A stretch of DNA of 64,000 nucleotides, taken from NCBI GenBank assembly GCA_035443945.1, contig DAOMNQ010000004.1:2877-66876 (forward strand), written 5' to 3'. Positions 33,833 through 43,023 of this stretch are shown here, one piece after another (position 1 is the first letter of the stretch; every line of letters begins with the position of its first letter). The position numbers and the translations under genes were made by a program. The notes under the pieces are model-generated. The model did not search any database. It was not told the origin of the DNA and saw nothing but the letters and a program-made list of their open reading frames with translations. The stretch is from Phycisphaerales bacterium. GTDB lineage: Bacteria > Planctomycetota > Phycisphaerae > Phycisphaerales > UBA1924.

Positions 33833-35287
33833 GTGCGTTCATCGGCTGTCGTGCTCTTCGGCATCGCGGCGGGCACGGCGGCCGTCGTCGCCCCGGTCGC
33901 CCTGCTCACGCACGACGGCGGCGGGACGGCGCGCTCGCGCGAGATACTGTTCACCGTCTGGGGCATGCCCTTCGAGGACCGCCTGTTCGAGGACGGCTAC
34001 GCACGCGGCTTCGAGGCCGAGGAGCCGGGCGTTCGCGTCGAATACCGTCGTTTTCCAGATGTGACCGCGAAGTACACGGCCTGGCACGCGCGCGGCATCG
34101 GCGCGGAGGTCATGCGAGTTCAGGTCACTGATTACCACCAGATGGTCGAACGCGGCATGTTGGAGCCGCTCGACGCCTACATCGACGATCCCGCGGACGG
34201 CATGAGCGAGGCCGCCATCGCCGCAATCCCACCCGAGATGCTCGACGCCCTCCGTGTCGGCGGCAGCCTGTACGCCCTGCCGCAGGACATGGCCCAGATC
34301 GGCCTCTACTACAACCGCGCCATCTTCGACGCATGGAACGCAGCCAACCCCGGCGATCCCGTGGAGTACCCGCGCGAGGGATGGACCTGGGACGACCTGC
34401 GAGACACCGCCCGCAAACTCGCGCGGCGCGACGGCGGGCGCGTCGAGGTCTACGGCTTCGACATGTTCATCTGGCAGTGGCCCTTCATGAACTTCTTCGC
34501 GCAGGCGGGCGGCACGCTCTGGAGCGACGACGGGCTGACCACACTGATCGACTCACCGGCCGGCGTGGAGGCGATCGCGCTCTTTCGGGGCATGGTGTTC
34601 GAGGACGGTTCGTTCATGCCCGCGTTCGGCGAGCAGCAGGCGACCGGGCCGCACTCGCGCTTCGCCGAGGGGCGCACCGCTATGTTCCTGGACGGCTCAT
34701 GGATGGCGCCGAGTTTCCAGTTGCGCAACCCCTCGCTGGACTTCGCGGTCGCGCCCGTGCCGCGCGGCCGCGTCGAGGCGGTGTGCGCCGGGGCGTGCCT
34801 GTGGGGCATCTCCGTCCACGCCAAGCACAAGCGCGACGCCTGGCGGATGATCCGGTGGCTGGTGGATGAGCCGCAGGCGCTGCGGTACTGGGACACGCTC
34901 CGCGTCGCGCCGCCTGCGAACCTCGCCGTTGTCAACTCGGATGCGTTCAGGCGAACCTCCGGCATCGCCTCCGATCGCGAGCCGGGGCGTTACCTCGTGC
35001 CGCCGATGCGCGAGGATGAGTTTGCCCGCTACGCCGAGTGGCTGCGCTACGGCATGACGCCGCGGGGCGAATCCGGAGATGCGCCGGCCTTCATCCCGGT
35101 GTCGCTCTACCAGCGGGCGCTGGAGAACGAGATCACCGCGCTTCTGCACGACATTCTGCGGCACCCGACGCAGCCCTCGGCGGAGGACGCGCTGGCACGC
35201 GCCGCCAAGTCCGTGCATGACGTCATCGACCGCGACAGGGCGGCCAAGGGACTGCCACGGGTCGATCGAGGATCGAAAGCGGACTGA
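33833..35287 (+). CDS. extracellular solute-binding protein (family 1, sugar ABC)
   Basis: GTG 33833 has GAGGAGG 6 nt upstream. Signal/anchor SSAVVLFGIAAGTAAVVAPVALL, then ILFTVWGMPFEDRLFE ... ALPQDMAQIGLYYNRAIFD ... AMFLDGSWM. The track's 33146 start is an out-of-frame overlap with the permease. Confidence 0.75.
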   Translation: MRSSAVVLFGIAAGTAAVVAPVALLTHDGGGTARSREILFTVWGMPFEDRLFEDGYARGFEAEEPGVRVEYRRFPDVTAKYTAWHARGIGAEVMRVQVTDYHQMVERGMLEPLDAYIDDPADGMSEAAIAAIPPEMLDALRVGGSLYALPQDMAQIGLYYNRAIFDAWNAANPGDPVEYPREGWTWDDLRDTARKLARRDGGRVEVYGFDMFIWQWPFMNFFAQAGGTLWSDDGLTTLIDSPAGVEAIALFRGMVFEDGSFMPAFGEQQATGPHSRFAEGRTAMFLDGSWMAPSFQLRNPSLDFAVAPVPRGRVEAVCAGACLWGISVHAKHKRDAWRMIRWLVDEPQALRYWDTLRVAPPANLAVVNSDAFRRTSGIASDREPGRYLVPPMREDEFARYAEWLRYGMTPRGESGDAPAFIPVSLYQRALENEITALLHDILRHPTQPSAEDALARAAKSVHDVIDRDRAAKGLPRVDRGSKAD

Positions 35288-35298
35288 GAGAATCCGAG

Positions 35299-35319
35299 CG
35301 AGCGGCGCACGAAGCCGCT
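35299..35319. terminator. hairpin between convergent binding-protein and GH2 genes
   Basis: GAGCGGC (35299-35305), loop GCACGAA, then GCCGCTC (35313-35319). Confidence 0.45.
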
Positions 35320-35322
35320 CCC

Positions 35323-38136
35323 TTACGGTTGCGTCTGGTTGGGCGTGTTCGCCCATGCCGAGACCGTGCCGGCCTCGATCGACCCGCGCACCGACGCCGG
35401 CGCGCCGTCGGCAGCAAGCCATGCGATCGTCCGATGAAGCAGGTACATCCCCGCCGGGCCGGCGTGGTCGAGCGTGGACACCACCAAGAGGCCTGCCCCA
35501 ACTCTCGCGGCGAGGACCTGGTCGAACGGCTCCGGCCCGCCACGATCGTGCGTGAACACCAGACGGACGATCGGCTCGACACTCTCGTCCAGGCCAAGGC
35601 GCGCCGTCGGCACGGCGCGGCAGACCCGGCGATTCAGGTCGTGGAGCAAACAGTCCGAGATCCACTCGCCGTCGCCCGGCGCGAGGAGTCCGCCCGGCCG
35701 ACTATCGATGACGAGCGGGATCTGGCCGTAGAGATTGACCGGCTCGTTCGGCGGCGAGCCGGCGGCCTTCGAGACGAGCAAGAGCACACGCCCGCCGGAC
35801 TCCATCGCGCGAACGACCTCCGGCGTGAGCCGATGTGCGACCAGCACGCTCCACCCACCCGAGCCGACCCGAGCCGGCGCGACAGGCTCGGCATCGGGCA
35901 AGAGGGCCGCCGTGTCCGGCAGCGCGGGCCGCCACGACCGGCACGGGAGCGCCCACCCGCTGCTGTACGCCCGCTCCTCGAACGCCGGCTCTCGCTCGGC
36001 ATCGGTGAACGGCAGCCCGTGGAGCCGGGCCACGCCGCGCGGCAATGGCGGCGACTCCGGAATCACCCACAGATCCCATCCGTTCGACTCCATGCCCTCG
36101 GACTCGGCGCGGATCGAGAGCCGCGTCGGCTTGTCGACCGTCGGCACAGGCACATCGACCGACGCGAACGCCACCTCGGCCCGTGCGACCCGCATCCGCA
36201 CCGTGGAGACCGCCTGCTCTTCATGATCCTCGTCGAGGGAGGTGATCCGGAGGTCCGAATCCAGATCGCGGTCGGAGAAGTTGCTGATGCCCGCCTCGAG
36301 CCGCAGCGTCGCGCCGGAAGTCACCCCCGTCATCCGGTCGGGCGTGCGCAGCAGCAGCGCGGCGTCCTCGAGCCAGGGTCGCGTCTGTCCCGGCGCGAAC
36401 CGCCAGCGTCCGAGGTCGTCCTCGAAACCGCACTGGCAGACCGGCACGTCGCGCAGGTGGTTCATCACCCAGCCCGCGTGCGACGGATCCTCGCGGAAGA
36501 CCTCCGACTGCCACTTGCGGAGCAGCAGATTGAAGCGGTCGCCGGTGCGCCGCAGCACGGCGGCCGCGTCGATGCCGAACCGCTGGCTCGTGCGCCGCTC
36601 GAACTCGGCGAAGCGGTCGAGTTGTTTCGGCAACCACCATGGGCGTGACGCCCCGACCTCCGCCAGCAGCCCCGCCGTATCCGGCCACGACGTGCCGATG
36701 ATCGTCTCGCCCATCACAAACGGCCTCGGCTGCATCTGGCCGAGCGCGGCGCGCAGGTCGTCGAAGTACGCGCCCCAGCGGCCGGGATTGTCGTAGGTGT
36801 GCTCGTCGTGCAGGTCGGTCAGCGATCCGTCGCTCCAGTTGAGGAATCCGGTTTGTACCTGGAGCAACCGCCCGGGCAGTTCGGCGCGGGCCGTCTCCCA
36901 CCACCACGCCGCAAGAGCGGGATGAAACCGCTCGTGCTCGCAGGTCGCGCTCACGATCACGACCGACGGGTGGCGCCGGTCCCGCCGCATGAAGGCCGCG
37001 AGCAGCCGGCGGTACTCCGGGAGCAGCCGCTCGTGCATGTCGGCCTTCCAGACCGGGTGGATCTGCCAGAGCATCATCCCCGTCTCGTCCGCGATGTCGT
37101 AGAACAAGCGCGGGGCGTACCACATGCACATGCACACGGCGTTGAAGCCCATCTCGCGCAGCCGCGCGAAACGCTCGCGCACCTCGTCGGGATCCGGTGC
37201 GGGCGTGAGGTGCTTCGGCTCATGCCCCCAGTCGAGCACGCCGCGGATCAGCAGCGGGTGGCCGTTGAGGAGAACTCGCGTATTGCCCGGTCCGCCCGTC
37301 TCGATTTCGCGAAAGGCGAACCGAACGCGGTCAAGGTCCGGCGGGCCGGGTGTCCGTCCCCGAACAAGCGCGACGGCCTCGCCGAGTTGGGGATCGGCGG
37401 GCGACCATCGAACAACGCGAGCCACGCGCACGCTCGCCTCAACCGTCTCCTGCTCCGGGTCGAACCGGACCTCCCTCTCGATGGCCTCGCCCGTGCCCGG
37501 CGCACGTACCCGGAACACCACCCGTCCCCTATCGTGCCCCGGTTCGAGATCGACACGCAGCCGGACCTCACCGGACGCCGGATCCGCGAACACCGCCAGC
37601 CCGTCCGGCCGGATCGCGGGCGGCCCTGTCTGCCGGACCGACACGCCACCCCAGATGCCCCCGTGCTGGAGGCTGATGACGTCGTGGAAGCCCTTGGTGA
37701 TGTGGCCGATCCACGGCTGCTCCCCGACCCGCTCTGGCCGACTGCCGACCACTTGATCCACGCGGCAGACGATCTCGACCCGCTCGCTCCCCCCGAGGGC
37801 ATCGGTGATGTCGAACTGGAAGGGCAGATAGTCCCCCGAGTGCGAGCCGACCTCGACGCCGTTCAGCCAGACGCGGCAGTCCGTGGCGACGGCCTCGAAC
37901 CGCAGCCGCACGCGCCGACCGGGCGCGAGCCATCGCGCCGGCAGTCGCGCACGTCGGCGGTACCACGCGACGCCGGTCGTGGCCTCACCGAGCGCGACCT
38001 GCCAGGGTTCGTCCGTTCTGGTCGAGACCCAGCCCTCGCGCGGCGGCACTTCCCACCATCGCTCCCGTAGGCCGGCATCGTCGGGGTCGTGACGAACGGA
38101 CCATCGGCGCAACAGGTCGAGAGAGTCGGCGGGCAT
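35323..38136 (-). CDS. glycoside hydrolase family 2-like protein
   Basis: N-terminal sugar-binding-domain pattern GVAWYRRRARLPARWLAPGRRVRLRFEAVATDCRVWLNGVEVGSHSGDYLPFQFDITDAL. It is followed by an Ig-like region and a TIM-barrel region (GFNAVCMCMWYAPRLFYDIADETGMMLWQ). I do not recognise the long C-terminal extension. Confidence 0.65.
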   Translation of the reverse strand: MPADSLDLLRRWSVRHDPDDAGLRERWWEVPPREGWVSTRTDEPWQVALGEATTGVAWYRRRARLPARWLAPGRRVRLRFEAVATDCRVWLNGVEVGSHSGDYLPFQFDITDALGGSERVEIVCRVDQVVGSRPERVGEQPWIGHITKGFHDVISLQHGGIWGGVSVRQTGPPAIRPDGLAVFADPASGEVRLRVDLEPGHDRGRVVFRVRAPGTGEAIEREVRFDPEQETVEASVRVARVVRWSPADPQLGEAVALVRGRTPGPPDLDRVRFAFREIETGGPGNTRVLLNGHPLLIRGVLDWGHEPKHLTPAPDPDEVRERFARLREMGFNAVCMCMWYAPRLFYDIADETGMMLWQIHPVWKADMHERLLPEYRRLLAAFMRRDRRHPSVVIVSATCEHERFHPALAAWWWETARAELPGRLLQVQTGFLNWSDGSLTDLHDEHTYDNPGRWGAYFDDLRAALGQMQPRPFVMGETIIGTSWPDTAGLLAEVGASRPWWLPKQLDRFAEFERRTSQRFGIDAAAVLRRTGDRFNLLLRKWQSEVFREDPSHAGWVMNHLRDVPVCQCGFEDDLGRWRFAPGQTRPWLEDAALLLRTPDRMTGVTSGATLRLEAGISNFSDRDLDSDLRITSLDEDHEEQAVSTVRMRVARAEVAFASVDVPVPTVDKPTRLSIRAESEGMESNGWDLWVIPESPPLPRGVARLHGLPFTDAEREPAFEERAYSSGWALPCRSWRPALPDTAALLPDAEPVAPARVGSGGWSVLVAHRLTPEVVRAMESGGRVLLLVSKAAGSPPNEPVNLYGQIPLVIDSRPGGLLAPGDGEWISDCLLHDLNRRVCRAVPTARLGLDESVEPIVRLVFTHDRGGPEPFDQVLAARVGAGLLVVSTLDHAGPAGMYLLHRTIAWLAADGAPASVRGSIEAGTVSAWANTPNQTQP

Positions 38137-38166
38137 GGGGCGAACTGTAGCGTCGGGCGTCGCGGC

Positions 38167-38979
38167 CTACTCCGCGCGGGCACGGCGCGCCGCCTCGACC
38201 ATCGCCCGGCACCGGTCCGCATCGGGCGGATTCGACCAGATGCCCTCGCGCTTGATCCACGAGCCGACGATCACGGCGCCCGCGTGCTGGTACAGCGCGG
38301 CGAGCGACTCGGGCGTCGCGCCGGACCCCACCCACACCGGAAGCCGCGTCGCGCCCCTGGCCTCGGCAAGGTCGCCCGGCGCGACCGCCTCGCCCGTGAA
38401 CCGACCCGTGACGACCAACCCATCCGCCCCGAAAAACTCCGTCGTGTGGCATGCCTCCGCCAGCGACACATCCGCCGTGATGGCGTGGGATGCGTGCTTC
38501 TTCTTCACGTCGCACATGACAGCGATCGCCTCCGCGCCGATCGAACGCCTGTACCGAAGCAGCGGCCCTGCCGCCGCCTCCGGAAGCAGGCCCTCGTCTG
38601 CAACGTGCGCAAAGACGAAGTTCTCGCAGCGGATGAACCGCGCCCCCGCCGCGAGTGCGACCGCCAGCGCCTCGCGTTCGCCACCCGAGAGCACCTGCAC
38701 GCCGAGCGGCAGGTCCGTGGCGTCCGCGACCTCGAGGGCGATGCGGGTCATCGCGGCCGTGACCTCCGGTCCATGCCGACCGTGCACGTACGGGCGGTCG
38801 TGCATGTTCTCGATGATGATGCCGTCGAACCCGGCCTCCGCGAGCAGACTTGCCTCGCCCGCCGCCTGCACCGCCAGCATCTCGACCGAAGTCTCGTTGA
38901 ACGGCGTCCCCGGCAGCGCGCCGACGTGGACCATCCCGATGAGCGCCTTCGGCCGCAGCGGCCACCAGCCGTTTGCCAT
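38167..38979 (-). CDS. BtpA/SgcQ family TIM-barrel protein
   Basis: LIGMVHVGALPGTP ... GFDGIIIENMHDRPY ... GVQVL ... ARFIRCENF ... DVKKKHASH ... VVTGRFTG ... VWVGSGATPES ... VIVGSWIK follows the BtpA family block order. Confidence 0.7.
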   Translation of the reverse strand: MANGWWPLRPKALIGMVHVGALPGTPFNETSVEMLAVQAAGEASLLAEAGFDGIIIENMHDRPYVHGRHGPEVTAAMTRIALEVADATDLPLGVQVLSGGEREALAVALAAGARFIRCENFVFAHVADEGLLPEAAAGPLLRYRRSIGAEAIAVMCDVKKKHASHAITADVSLAEACHTTEFFGADGLVVTGRFTGEAVAPGDLAEARGATRLPVWVGSGATPESLAALYQHAGAVIVGSWIKREGIWSNPPDADRCRAMVEAARRARAE

Positions 38980-39053
38980 CCCCGGTCCCTCCGATGGACG
39001 CCCCGCGAGCGTGCGGGAAGTCTATGCAGCCCTTCGCGTGTTACACTCCCTCC

Positions 39054-39632
39054 ATGACGCCCGCCGAGGCCCGCGCCCTGCTGCATGAGTGGACGCAGTC
39101 CCCTTCGCTCCGCACCCACATGGAGTGCGTCGCAGCGTGCATGGCCGCGTACGCCCGCCTGCTCGACCCCCGCGACGAGGAACGATGGACCGTCACGGGC
39201 CTGCTGCACGACTTCGACTACGAACGCCACCCGACGAAGGAGGAGCATCCGTTCGTCGGCGTGCGACACCTCGAATCGCTCGGCGTCGATGGGGAGGTCC
39301 GCGACGCGATCCTCGGGCATGCCGAGTACTCGGGCGTGCCGAGGCGGACCCCCATGGCTCGTGCCCTCTTTGCCGTTGACGAACTGGCAGGATTCCTCGT
39401 GGCGTGCGCGAAGGTGAGGCCGGACGGCTTCGCCAGCCTGGAGCCCAGGAGCGTCCGCAAGAAACTGAAGGACAGAGCCTTCGCCGCCGCCGTCAACCGC
39501 GACGACGTCCGCATCGGCTTCGAGGAGCTCAGCCCTCTTCTGCCCGAGGGATTCGACGAATCAACCCACTATCAGACGTGCATCGAGGCGATCCGGACAC
39601 GCGTGCCGGAGTTCTCCGCCTCGACCGCGTAA
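39054..39632 (+). CDS. HD-domain metal-dependent phosphohydrolase
   Basis: LRTHMECVAACMAAYA ... TGLLHDFDYERHP ... HPFVGVRHLE ... ILGHAEYSG, the H...HD...H...H pattern. Confidence 0.7.
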   Translation: MTPAEARALLHEWTQSPSLRTHMECVAACMAAYARLLDPRDEERWTVTGLLHDFDYERHPTKEEHPFVGVRHLESLGVDGEVRDAILGHAEYSGVPRRTPMARALFAVDELAGFLVACAKVRPDGFASLEPRSVRKKLKDRAFAAAVNRDDVRIGFEELSPLLPEGFDESTHYQTCIEAIRTRVPEFSASTA

Positions 39633-39646
39633 CCCGGAGGAACGTG

Positions 39647-41572
39647 ATGCGACATGGGCCGACGATGATGATGGCCGTGCTCCTGCACACGAGTTTGTGG
39701 CTCGCGGGGTGCGCCACCGCCCAGCCGATCGGGGCCGACGATGCCGGAGCATGGGCCGAGCGCGTGCGCACGGAGTACGTCGTTTCGCTCGCCCAAGCCC
39801 ATGCCCAGTCGGTGGAGATCACGGTCATCCTCGACCGCGTTGACTCCCCGACGCTCGACCTCCACCTGCCCGTCTGGCGGCCGGGTCGCTACGCGGTCAA
39901 CGACCATGCCGGAACGGTGCGCCGCGTGCGGGCGGAGGACAGCCGGAATCGCCCGCTCGAGATCGAGAAGACCGCGAAGTCGACATGGCGAGTGAGGACC
40001 GCCGGGGCAGAGACCGTCCGTGTTCACTACGACCTGTACGCCAACTCGCTCGCCGACCGCACGCGCCACGCCGACGACACCCACGCCTTTCTGAGCGGGT
40101 CGTCGGTCTTCATGTACGCGGAGGAGCGGCGTGCGGAGCCGGTTCGCGTGACCATCGACGCGCCGGACGGCTGGCGCGTCGCCACCGGCCTCGACCCCGA
40201 CCCACACCTCGACCGCTCGTGGATCGCCCGCGACTACGACGTGCTCGTGGACTCGCCGATCGAAGTCGGCCTGCACCACATGGTCGAGTTTGACGTGGAC
40301 GGCGTGCCGCACGAGATCGTCATCTGGGGCCGGTGCGAACCCGCGACCGACAAACTCCGCGACGACTTCGCGAAGATCGTCGCCACGCAGCGCGACATCT
40401 TCGGGGACCTGCCCTACGGCCGCTACGTGTTCCTCATCCACGCCTACCCCGGCGGCAGCGGCGGCACCGAGCACCTGAACTCGACCATCATGCAGACGAC
40501 GCCCGCGGCCGTGGAGGGAGGTGATTCGTACCGTCGGCTGCTGGGCCTGGCGTCGCACGAGTTCTTCCACACCTGGAACGTGAAGCGGCTCCGGCCCGCC
40601 GGCCTGGTGCCCTACGACTACCTGCGCGAGAACTACACGGACCTGCTCTGGGTCGCCGAGGGAACGACGGTCTACTACACCGACGTGACGCTTGTTCGTG
40701 CGGGCTTGGTCAAGCCGGACGACTACCTGCGCGACATGGCCGGGCGCGCGGCGAGCGAGCGGGCACGCCCCGGGATCGGCGTCCAGAGCCTGGCCGAGTC
40801 GTCCTTCGACGCGTGGATCAAGTTCAACCGCTCGACGCCGGACTCGGTGAACGCGACGGTCTCGTTCTACTCGAAGGGGTCGCTCGTCAGCCTGATGCTC
40901 GACATGGAGGTCCGGCGGTTGACGAACAACGCGGCCTCGCTCGACGGCGTGATGGCCGACCTGTACCGGCGCCACACCGTCGAGTCCGGCGGTTTCACGA
41001 CCGGGGACATGCTCGCCTCGCTCGAACGGCACACGGGGACGAGTTTCGACGAGTTCTTCGAGCGGTACGTCTCGGGGGTCGAGCCGCTCGACCTCGAGGC
41101 CGCTTACGCCGTCGCGGGCCTGACACTCGAACCACGCAAGCCGCGCGAGGATGACCCGAGGTCGTACCTCGGGCTTGACCTGCGCCAGGAGGGCGACTTC
41201 GCCGTGGTCGCCGCGGCCCGCGCCGACGGGCCGGGCTACGCCGCCGGGCTGATCGCGGGAGACCAGATCGTCGCGCTCGACGGAATGCGTCTGCGTGCCG
41301 CCGATCTCGACCGACGGCTGCGCCGGATTGATCCGGGGCAGGACGTGCTTGTCACCTTTATCCGCCGCGACGAACTCCGGGAGACGCGCTTCAAGGCCGC
41401 GGCGCCGAAGCCGAGCGGGTACACGCTCACGCGTGTCAAGGAGCCGACGGACCTCCAGGTCGCCGTGTACGAATCGTGGCTGGGCCAGAAATGGCCGGGA
41501 CGATCAGCGGACAGGGCGCCTTCGTCCGGTCCGGTCGAGGCCGACGATCCGCACGCGGAATCCGGTTCGTAG
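39647..41572 (+). CDS. M61 family glycyl aminopeptidase with C-terminal PDZ domain
   Basis: GGAGG lies 6 nt upstream. Lipoprotein-like signal MRHGPTMMMAVLLHTSLWLAGC. Zinc site ASHEFFHTWNVKRLRP and the downstream WVAEGTTVYY. PDZ YLGLDLRQEGDFAVVAAARADGPGYAAGLIAGDQIVALDG. Confidence 0.8.
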   Translation: MRHGPTMMMAVLLHTSLWLAGCATAQPIGADDAGAWAERVRTEYVVSLAQAHAQSVEITVILDRVDSPTLDLHLPVWRPGRYAVNDHAGTVRRVRAEDSRNRPLEIEKTAKSTWRVRTAGAETVRVHYDLYANSLADRTRHADDTHAFLSGSSVFMYAEERRAEPVRVTIDAPDGWRVATGLDPDPHLDRSWIARDYDVLVDSPIEVGLHHMVEFDVDGVPHEIVIWGRCEPATDKLRDDFAKIVATQRDIFGDLPYGRYVFLIHAYPGGSGGTEHLNSTIMQTTPAAVEGGDSYRRLLGLASHEFFHTWNVKRLRPAGLVPYDYLRENYTDLLWVAEGTTVYYTDVTLVRAGLVKPDDYLRDMAGRAASERARPGIGVQSLAESSFDAWIKFNRSTPDSVNATVSFYSKGSLVSLMLDMEVRRLTNNAASLDGVMADLYRRHTVESGGFTTGDMLASLERHTGTSFDEFFERYVSGVEPLDLEAAYAVAGLTLEPRKPREDDPRSYLGLDLRQEGDFAVVAAARADGPGYAAGLIAGDQIVALDGMRLRAADLDRRLRRIDPGQDVLVTFIRRDELRETRFKAAAPKPSGYTLTRVKEPTDLQVAVYESWLGQKWPGRSADRAPSSGPVEADDPHAESGS

Positions 41573-41578
41573 CCAGGC

Positions 41579-42940
41579 TCAGGCCTTCACGATCCGCGCC
41601 CGGGACGGACGCGCCCGCGACATGGCGTCGCGGGTGTCCACCACCAGGCGCGCGTGATCGGCCACCATCTGCCAGTCGATTGCGTCGTGGTGCGTGACCA
41701 CGAGCACGCAGTCGGCGCGGGCGAGCCGCTCCGGCGTCAGCGGCTCCGACGCCATCTCGAACCGGTACCGCCGCATCCGCGGGAACACCGGCACGTGCGG
41801 GTCGTGGTAGGACACGCGGGCGCCCCGGTCCGACAGCAGCCTGATGATCTCTGCCGCTGGCGTCTCGCGTACGTCGTCCACATTCGGCTTGTATGCGAGG
41901 CCGAGCACGAGCACGTCCGCGCCGCGCAACTCCCGTCCATCGTCGCGCAAGGCGGCCTCGGTGTGCTCGACGACGCGCTCCGGCATCCGGCTGTTGACCT
42001 CGCCCGCAAGTTCGATGAATCGCGTGCGCTCGCCGACCTGCCGCGCCTTCCACGCGAGGTAGAACGGGTCGATCGGGATGCAGTGCCCTCCCAGCCCCGG
42101 ACCCGGGTAGAACGGCTGGAAGCCGAAGGGCTTGGTGGCCGCGGCGCGAACGACCTGCCACACGTCGATCCCCATCGCCGCCAGAACGGGCTTGAGTTCG
42201 TTCACGAGGGCGATGTTGACGGCGCGGTAGACGTTTTCCAGCAGTTTCGCGGCCTCGGCTACCTCGGCGGACTCCACGGGAATGACCCGCTCCAGCGCGA
42301 CCGAGTAGAGCGCGACCCCCACGGCCGTCGAAACCGGATCGACGCCACCGACAAGCCGGGGAATCGTCCGCGTCGAGTGCGTCGCGCTTCCCGGGTCTTC
42401 GCGTTCGGGGCTGAAGGTGAGGAACCAGTCCCACCCGCACTCGAGGCCTCGTTGCTTCGCCGTCCGCTCGATGATCGGCAGGCAGACCTCGCGCGTCGTG
42501 CCGGGGTAACTCGTCGATTCGAGGCTCACCAGCGTCCCAGCCCGAACGCACGTCGCCGCCAACTCCGTTGACCGCTCTACGAACGACAGGTCCGGCTCCC
42601 GCCCCGGCCCGAGCGGCGTGGGCACGCACAGCACGATCGCATCCACCCCCGCAATAACGGCCGCGTCATCGGTCGCCTCGAAACGCTCCGACACAGCCAG
42701 GTCGCGCACGAAGCCCTCGCCGAGGTGCTTCAGATACGCCTCCCCCCGCCGCAGCATGGCGATCTTGGCCGCATCCACGTCGAACCCGACGACGCGAAAG
42801 CCCGCGTCGTGCATCGCCCGCACGAGCGGCAGTCCGACGTACCCAAGCCCCACGACGGCGACCGTCGCGGACCGATCGTTGAACCGGCCGATGGTCGAGC
42901 GTGCGTGCGGTGGGAGCGTGTTGTCCGGCTCGGCCGTCAT
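41579..42940 (-). CDS. nucleotide-sugar dehydrogenase (UDP-N-acetyl-hexosamine 6-dehydrogenase-like)
   Basis: Rossmann VAVVGLGYVGLPLVRAM, and the catalytic Cys block PGPGLGGHCIPIDPFYLAWKA. The size and block order resemble the WecC/TviB/Cap5O group. Confidence 0.8.
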   Translation of the reverse strand: MTAEPDNTLPPHARSTIGRFNDRSATVAVVGLGYVGLPLVRAMHDAGFRVVGFDVDAAKIAMLRRGEAYLKHLGEGFVRDLAVSERFEATDDAAVIAGVDAIVLCVPTPLGPGREPDLSFVERSTELAATCVRAGTLVSLESTSYPGTTREVCLPIIERTAKQRGLECGWDWFLTFSPEREDPGSATHSTRTIPRLVGGVDPVSTAVGVALYSVALERVIPVESAEVAEAAKLLENVYRAVNIALVNELKPVLAAMGIDVWQVVRAAATKPFGFQPFYPGPGLGGHCIPIDPFYLAWKARQVGERTRFIELAGEVNSRMPERVVEHTEAALRDDGRELRGADVLVLGLAYKPNVDDVRETPAAEIIRLLSDRGARVSYHDPHVPVFPRMRRYRFEMASEPLTPERLARADCVLVVTHHDAIDWQMVADHARLVVDTRDAMSRARPSRARIVKA

Positions 42941-43023
42941 GAATGGAGGCGTCCCCGAGGCGAGTGCTACCGTTGGGCCGCCGCACTGTACCCCGCGGAA
43001 GTGGCGGACGCGAGAACGGCCCG

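Noticed and set aside
34079-34094. TGGCAC-containing sigma-54-like strings inside coding regions (for example at about 34079, 33531, 47301, 19286, 31178 and 1354)
   Set aside because: All lie within well-supported CDSs. Most lack a proper TTGC/-12 element at the right spacing. In this GC-rich sequence, chance TGGCAC occurrences are expected.
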